This document shows positions 22,407 through 28,355 of a DNA stretch of 28,355 nt, piece by piece. The notes beneath the pieces were generated by a model. The model was not told where the DNA came from. It made no database searches and was given only the letters and a program-made list of their open reading frames with translations. This stretch comes from Tubiluchus corallicola (Eukaryota > Animalia > Priapulida), in NCBI GenBank assembly GCA_030141605.1, contig JAQGDQ010000916.1, positions 1-28,355 on the forward strand. Reading direction: 5' to 3'. Numbering within the stretch: position 1 is the stretch's first letter; every line of letters starts with the position of its first letter. The translations under genes were made by a program, and so were the position numbers.

Positions 22407-22809
22407 ACATGATTTTTAACAACAACGTAAATTTGAACTTTTAATAAAGTTGTTGCGTTTCAACTATAAATGTTTTAAGTGTCTGTAATAGAAAACTGAC
22501 CATGTATCTCTTTTTCAGACTTTTGAAAATTCAGACGGCCATGAAGCTGTTGTGTGTTTAAACTGAAATGGAAAATGCAGTAAGTAACCCCATTACTGAT
22601 GGAGGTGTCCCTAAATATGACCCACATCATGTTGTAGCCCCGTTTCTCCTCTTTTTACAGCTCTATATATATCTCCTTCCGAGACTCCCACCAGGCGGCG
22701 CTAGGCATTTTTCTACAACCTGTTTGGTCAAAATTTCGAAATAATCCGGAGTTGGATACGCGAAAACACCCGTTACAGGGCGCCGTGGCCGTCCCGAGAA
22801 ATTTAAATA

Positions 22810-22993
22810 GGCCACTCCAGTGACAGAAACAACACGGGAGGCAGCAGTTACGAGTTATGGCTGTCTATCTGCCGCTCAAGGATCGGACTGCTCAGCCACA
22901 GTCAACGCTGCAGCTCCATCAATGTGATCAATAACTGACTCTCTTGGCGCACATTCCATTGTCTTCTGAGACAGAAGGATGCCAATAACAACA
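22810..22993 (+). mobile_element. RTE-clade LINE/SINE 3' fragment homologous to the tail of the 5S SINE
   Basis: 22877-22990 matches 2786-2895, encodes CRSRIGLLSHSQRCS, and ends ccattgtcttctgagacagaaggatgccaataacaaca. Confidence 0.8.
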
Positions 22994-23039
22994 TCTTATT
23001 ATATACCTTTATATATATTGGCTCAATATAAATGTTTGT

Positions 23040-23040
23040 A

Positions 23041-23123
<83 letters not shown>

Positions 23124-23382
23124 ATATGTACATATATGTATACATACATACATATATACATACACATACATACCTATATACATACATACATAAACATACA
23201 TATACACATACACACACATACACACAACACGCACGCACGTACACACAAACACACACATACACACACACACACAACACGCACACACGTACACACAAACACA
23301 CACATACACACACACACACACGACACGCACGCACGTACACACAAACACACACACACACACACACATATGTATATGTACATAC
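23040..23382. repeat. (CA)n/(TA)n compound microsatellite
   Basis: Directly visible. Confidence 0.95.
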
Positions 23383-23790
23383 AAACATTTACAAAATATG
23401 TTGATGGATATAAACTAGAGCTTTATGTGCATTTGAAAAACATACTGAAAAATTAGTGAATGATACATACAACATATTCGTAGTGTATTGTATATCGTAC
23501 ATTAGTAGAATGCTTTTGTTCTATTGTATCATCCAGTAAAATATATTAAACATGTATTTAGGTATCGAGCACGGCATCATCCGCAACCGAAGAGCTTCCG
23601 CTCCCTACGGCCGCCATATGCGTGATTGCAATCGGAGGCTACGTTTTCTTGATCGTGATCGTCCTGTTCATTAGACAAATACTCATGGTATGTTGAGACT
23701 GCCGAGACGAAGCCAAGCATTTCCTGCATTTTAGATGTTTTATGAGGTTTTTTTAGAAACTAAAATCAACAAAATTCCGTCTACAAATTA

Positions 23791-23862
23791 GTAGGGTGGC
23801 CGAGTGGTTTAGATTTCAGATTGCAACTGCACAGTCTTGAGTTCGATACTAGCTGCTGCCAA
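23791..23862 (+). mobile_element. tRNA-like head of a second SINE family (or tRNA pseudogene)
   Basis: A box TGGCCGAGTGG and B box GAGTTCGATAC. The stems pair poorly. Confidence 0.55.
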
Positions 23863-24592
23863 TGCCAGGGCATATACCCTATGTTTTATTCACTATTTGT
23901 GTGTTGGGTCTTTGCCTATGAAGAATTTCTGAAGGTAAATTGCTAAGACATCAGCATAGGTAGAACACACGTGAGTTTATTTATACAAATCAGTAACAGC
24001 ACATGTTTATTCAATGATCTCTGACAGCCAACTGACCAGGTAAGTTTTCCATGAAGCAAGGAAGCCAGCAATTCTATGAAAGGTAAATGTTATGCATACT
24101 ACATAGTTCAAGGATGAAAGTTGAGACTGTATATGAAGAAATATACTTATTTTACAGCTGAAATTTCTTGTGTGGGATTTTTTAATGTTTTAACCAGAGA
24201 ATGCAATAATATGACATAATAATAAAAAATAATGACATATGACATAATAAATAAAAAATAATGTCAACAAATCGTGAGCTTCACGACATTACCTGTATTG
24301 TAAATCATTACAAGTATTGTAAGTGTAAGTCACTAAATAGCCATTAGTGCTGTTGTTGTCCTTTAAATGAGCATTGGTAAATAAATAAATCTTCTCTTTT
24401 GTACAAATTCTTGATTTTAGACTCCAAAAAGCCTTAAAAATCTAAAAGTTATCAAAGTGCAAGCAATGTACGTCAGTTTTTGGAGTTTCTTCCCGTACGC
24501 GTGTCTCACGTTTTCCGAGGTTTCTGGGATCGATTTAACAATCAGATTACTAAGCACTTTATGTAAATTAAAGCTAAAGCAGCACAAGTTTT

Positions 24593-24658
24593 GACCAGAC
24601 GGTTTAGTCTAGTGGTAACGCGTCTGCTTTCTGTCTGGGAGGTCGTGAGTTCGAACCA
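24593..24658 (+). mobile_element. Truncated tRNA-derived SINE head (same family as 10199)
   Basis: Matches 10199-10264 with 2 substitutions, then breaks off after the B box. Confidence 0.85.
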
Positions 24659-24881
24659 CTGTTGTTACTAATCATGTGGGATTGTTTTCAGGACCGAGGT
24701 GCCTTGGGCGAATGCCATCCGTGCGGTAAGGAGGGAGAACAGTGTTGTTGTGCCCCTTGCTGTGTGGCTGTCTTGTCATCGTGCGATTGTAAGTCACCAA
24801 ATATGGACGCCTGCTTGGATTCGATTTGTCCGAGACGGGTATGTATGCGTGCTGTTTGGAGGAAGTTGTGAGTTAGTTTAA

Positions 24882-25581
24882 CCCTTTCACTATGTAGTTG
24901 AAGTGGGCCACGTTGAATTTTGCACGTTTGACAATAACTTCTTGTGGTGTGTTACTAAAACACGAGCAGCTAAAATAGCACATGACAGAATGTATAAGCA
25001 CATTAATTACCAAATCAGCAAAGGCCCCGCAAAAAATTTTGCTTATAAATACATTGATAATCAATAATACGCAAACATCCTACATAGTAACACAAAGTCA
25101 GCAGCAGCTTTTACTGAATTAAAGTTATAAGCAGAGTATAATGGATGACGTCAGAACAATGGCATTGTGTCAGCAGTTTTCCAAGCCTTTAAAATTAATA
25201 AAATTTTAAAACTGACAGTTATTTGATCTGTTAATAGTTATTTTGATTTAAACCAATAACAATGGACTAAAAATGGTGATAAAATGGCAAACTAGAAAAT
25301 CTACATAGCATAAAAAACTGCGCAAGGTACAGTACTTTAGAGACGACTTTGTACAGATCAGCATAGCGTGCATACTAAATGTGTTAAATACTTTACTAAA
25401 AAATTATCAGCAGTTGCAAAATGAAGCACATTTTTGCTTTTGTTGTGTCTTTAAAAAAGTCGGACTTTGTTTTTTTTGCACATGACAAAGAATGTCGTGC
25501 ATCCCACAGGATACATTGGGAACAAAAGTACCAAGCCAAAAAATCTTTTCTTATTAAAAAAATAATTTGGGACTGAAAGGG
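24882..25581. mobile_element. piggyBac-like non-autonomous element (700 bp)
   Basis: TTAA|CCCTTTCA ... TGAAAGGG|TTAA, with TTAA at 24878-24881 and 25582-25585. The TIR match is only 8 bp. Confidence 0.6.
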
Positions 25582-26127
25582 TTAATTAAAGTTATCTGTC
25601 TGTTTAGCATATATATTGATGATGTATTGACGCTTAATTCTCTACTTTTTCATCTGTAGCATAATGTTGATTTGTGTGGTCCAGTGTTGAACTGCTTAGA
25701 CAGAAGCTCAAATGTTTCCTTATTAGACGCCTGCGCCTCTGGTTCCGGATGCTGTGTGCCTTCCCAGTCTGTACGTTACTCCTGCATGAGATACCTTCCC
25801 TTTTTCACTTTTGGCAAATTGCCAAGAATTAAGGTTATTATAATGTAAAATAATCAAGTGATTGCTTAGAATACACAGATTGCAAAACGTCAATGCGTGC
25901 TTCCAAAGCAAAACCGTCCGTAAGTCGGCATCGTTAAAACTACGTTATGATGCTTCAAAGTAGAATGCATCAAAATTTTTGGTCAAATGTCAATTTTCTG
26001 TTTTTTATAAAAACAAACGCTAAATATAATGAACTTTTACATTCTAGCATCAACTTATCAAGAAAATTTTCAAAATATACTAAAAATCAAATTTTATAAC
26101 CTCCATATCCATTTTTCTAGCTAAAAA

Positions 26128-26306
26128 CTAGCATTGGCTGCTTGTGCAGCTCCTCCGCCTAGTGTCGACAAACAGTGAGGGCATCCTGCAAGCCTACAGC
26201 ACCTGGTATTCCTAGGCGGTCACCCATCCAAGTACTAACCAAGCTCTACATTGCTTAACTTCAGTGATCAGACGAGAACTGGTGTTTTCAACATGATTTG
26301 ACCGTA
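26128..26306 (-). mobile_element. Third, older and 3'-truncated copy of the 5S-derived SINE (5S head 26190-26306)
   Basis: 5S homology plus ~60 bp of the same non-5S body (gcaggatgccctcactgtttgtcgacactaggcggaggagctgcacaagcagccaa on the minus strand). Confidence 0.85.
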
Positions 26307-26505
26307 ATTAAACCATTATTGCTTACATAAGTCTTTTAGACCAAATTTGCCTGTATCAAACTGGCTAATACCAATTTTTTCCATAGTTTTCAGTTTGTTT
26401 ACATGCTGTAGGGGCTTGCAGCGAGCGAGAATGTTTGTTACGTCATCAAATTGGGCGGGGCTAAACCCGGCTTGCAATCTGTGTATTGGTATCCTGAAAA
26501 TGTGC

Positions 26506-26735
26506 AGCATGAACAAAGCATGAGGACGTAAGCATGAACAAAGCATGATTATGGACAGCATGAACAAAGCATGAGGGCATAAGCATGAGTGTGGATAGCA
26601 TAAACAAACCATGAGTGTGGACAGCATGAACAAACCATGAGTGTGGACAGCATGAACAAAGCATGAGTGTAGGCAGCATGAACAAAGCATGAGTGTGGAT
26701 AGCATGAACAAAGCATAAGTGTGGACAGCATGAAT
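26506..26735. repeat. 26-bp minisatellite
   Basis: Unit gcatgaacaaagcatgagtgtggaca. Confidence 0.9.
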
Positions 26736-27129
26736 AGTTGATGCATGTTTGTTAACTGCTGGCATGCTCTAGATTACTTTACAAATTTGCATGTTCTTTT
26801 GTTCATTTTTTTACTGTCTACCATTTAACATGTCATTTTGTCTGGTTTGAGCATATACAACTTTTGTAGCTACTAGAATTATTATTTTCAATTGAATTTA
26901 TTTCTAAACCTTATTCGATCGTCAAACAACTATAAATTTTATAGTATAAAATGGCGGTGCTACAGAAAAATTAAACTTGCAAGTTTGAAAAACAAAATGC
27001 AACTTTGCAAGGTAGAATTTAGTAATTGAGTCTTTTTGTCGCTTATTATAGGAGAAGAAATGTGACTGTGGTGACCTAGTAACTTGCCAGTGTTGTGCAT
27101 CAAAAGATTGCTGTGCAGGAGAACCACTT

Positions 27130-28355
27130 TGTAATGTAAGTAGCAATGTTCACTTGTTTCTTCCTCTGTAATGTAAGTATCAGATGCAATGTTCACTTGT
27201 TTCTCCCTCTGTAATGTAAGTATCAGATGCAATGTTCACTTGTTTCTCCCTCTGTAATGTAAGTATCAGATGCAATGTTCACTTGTTTCTCCCTCTGTAA
27301 TGTAAGTATCAGATGCAATGTTCACTTGTTTCTTCCTCTGTAATGTAAGTATCAGATGCAATGTTCACTTGTTTCTTCCTCTGTAATGTAAGTATCAGAT
27401 GCAATGTTCACTTGTTTCTTCCTCTGTAATGTAAGTATCAGATGCAATGTTCACTTGTTTCTTCCTCTGTAATGTAAGTATCAGATGCAATGTTCACTTG
27501 TTTCTTCCTCTGTAATGTAAGTATCAGATGCAATGTTCACTTGTTTCTCCCTCTGTAATGTAAGTATCAGATGCAATGTTCACTTGTTTCTCCCTCTGTA
27601 ATGTAAGTATCAGATGCAATGTTCACTTGTTTCTCCCTCTGTAATGTAAGTATCAGATGCAATGTTCACTTGTTTCTCCCTCTGTAATGTAAGTATCAGA
27701 TGCAATGTTCACTTGTTTCTCCCTCTGTAATGTAAGTATCAGATGCAATGTTCACTTGTTTCTCCCTCTGTAATGTAAGTATCAGATGCAATGTTCACTT
27801 GTTTCTCCCTCTGTAATGTAAGTATCAGATGCAATGTTCACTTGTTTCTCCCTCTGTAATGTAAGTATCAGATGCAATGTTCACTTGTTTCTTCCTCTGT
27901 AATGTAAGTATCAGATGCAATGTTCTCTTGTTTCTCCCTCTGTAATGTAAGTATCAGATGCAATGTTCACTTGTTTCTCCCTCTGTAATGTAAGTATCAG
28001 ATGCAATGTTCACTTGTTTCTCCCTCTGTAATGTAAGTATCAGATGCAATGTTCACTTGTTTCTCCCTCTGTAATGTAAGTATCAGATGCAATGTTCACT
28101 TGTTTCTCCCTCTGTAATGTAAGTATCAGATGCAATGTTCACTTGTTTCTCCCTCTGTAATGTAAGTATCAGATGCAATGTTCACTTGTTTCTCCTCTGT
28201 AATGTAAGTATCAGATGCAATGTTCACTTGTTTCTCCCTCTGTAATGTAAGTATCAGATGCAATGTTCACTTGTTTCTCCCTCTGTAATGTAAGTATCAG
28301 ATGCAATGTTCACTTGTTTCTCCCTCTGTAATGTAAGTATCAGATGCAATGTTCA
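27130..28355. repeat. Homogeneous 43-bp tandem array, ~28 copies, running off the window end
   Basis: Unit tgtaatgtaagtatcagatgcaatgttcacttgtttctccctc. Confidence 0.98.

Noticed and set aside
24660-25800. Second solo LTR starting TGTTG at 24660
   Set aside because: No matching CAACA end with a TSD and no resumed SINE sequence could be found.
27130-28355. CRISPR array (also the 26-bp arrays)
   Set aside because: Head-to-tail repeats with no unique spacers, no cas genes, and a eukaryotic context.

Overview
AT-rich, repeat-dense eukaryotic DNA from an invertebrate animal (the 5S-derived sequences resemble invertebrate 5S rRNA). There are no prokaryotic features. The first 9.74 kb is one large inverted duplication (arms ~1-4159 and ~5410-9740). 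Its arms look identical near the centre and are clearly diverged outward. Each arm carries an older nested inverted repeat, a LINE 3' fragment, a 5S-rRNA-headed SINE with an RTE-LINE tail and an 11-bp target-site duplication (TSD), and a 92-bp minisatellite. The spacer holds a 366-bp solo LTR with heat-shock elements. Two host genes lie on the minus strand: the first coding exon and probable promoter of a SKICH-domain (TAX1BP1/CALCOCO-like) gene, whose intron apparently runs into the palindrome, and an intronless 529-aa prolyl 4-hydroxylase alpha subunit. The rest consists of tRNA-derived SINEs, CR1/L2-type LINE 3' ends (several tandemly amplified), MITEs, a Penelope-type hammerhead motif, micro/minisatellites and one assembly gap. 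All identities and family assignments are by-eye judgements, not computed.
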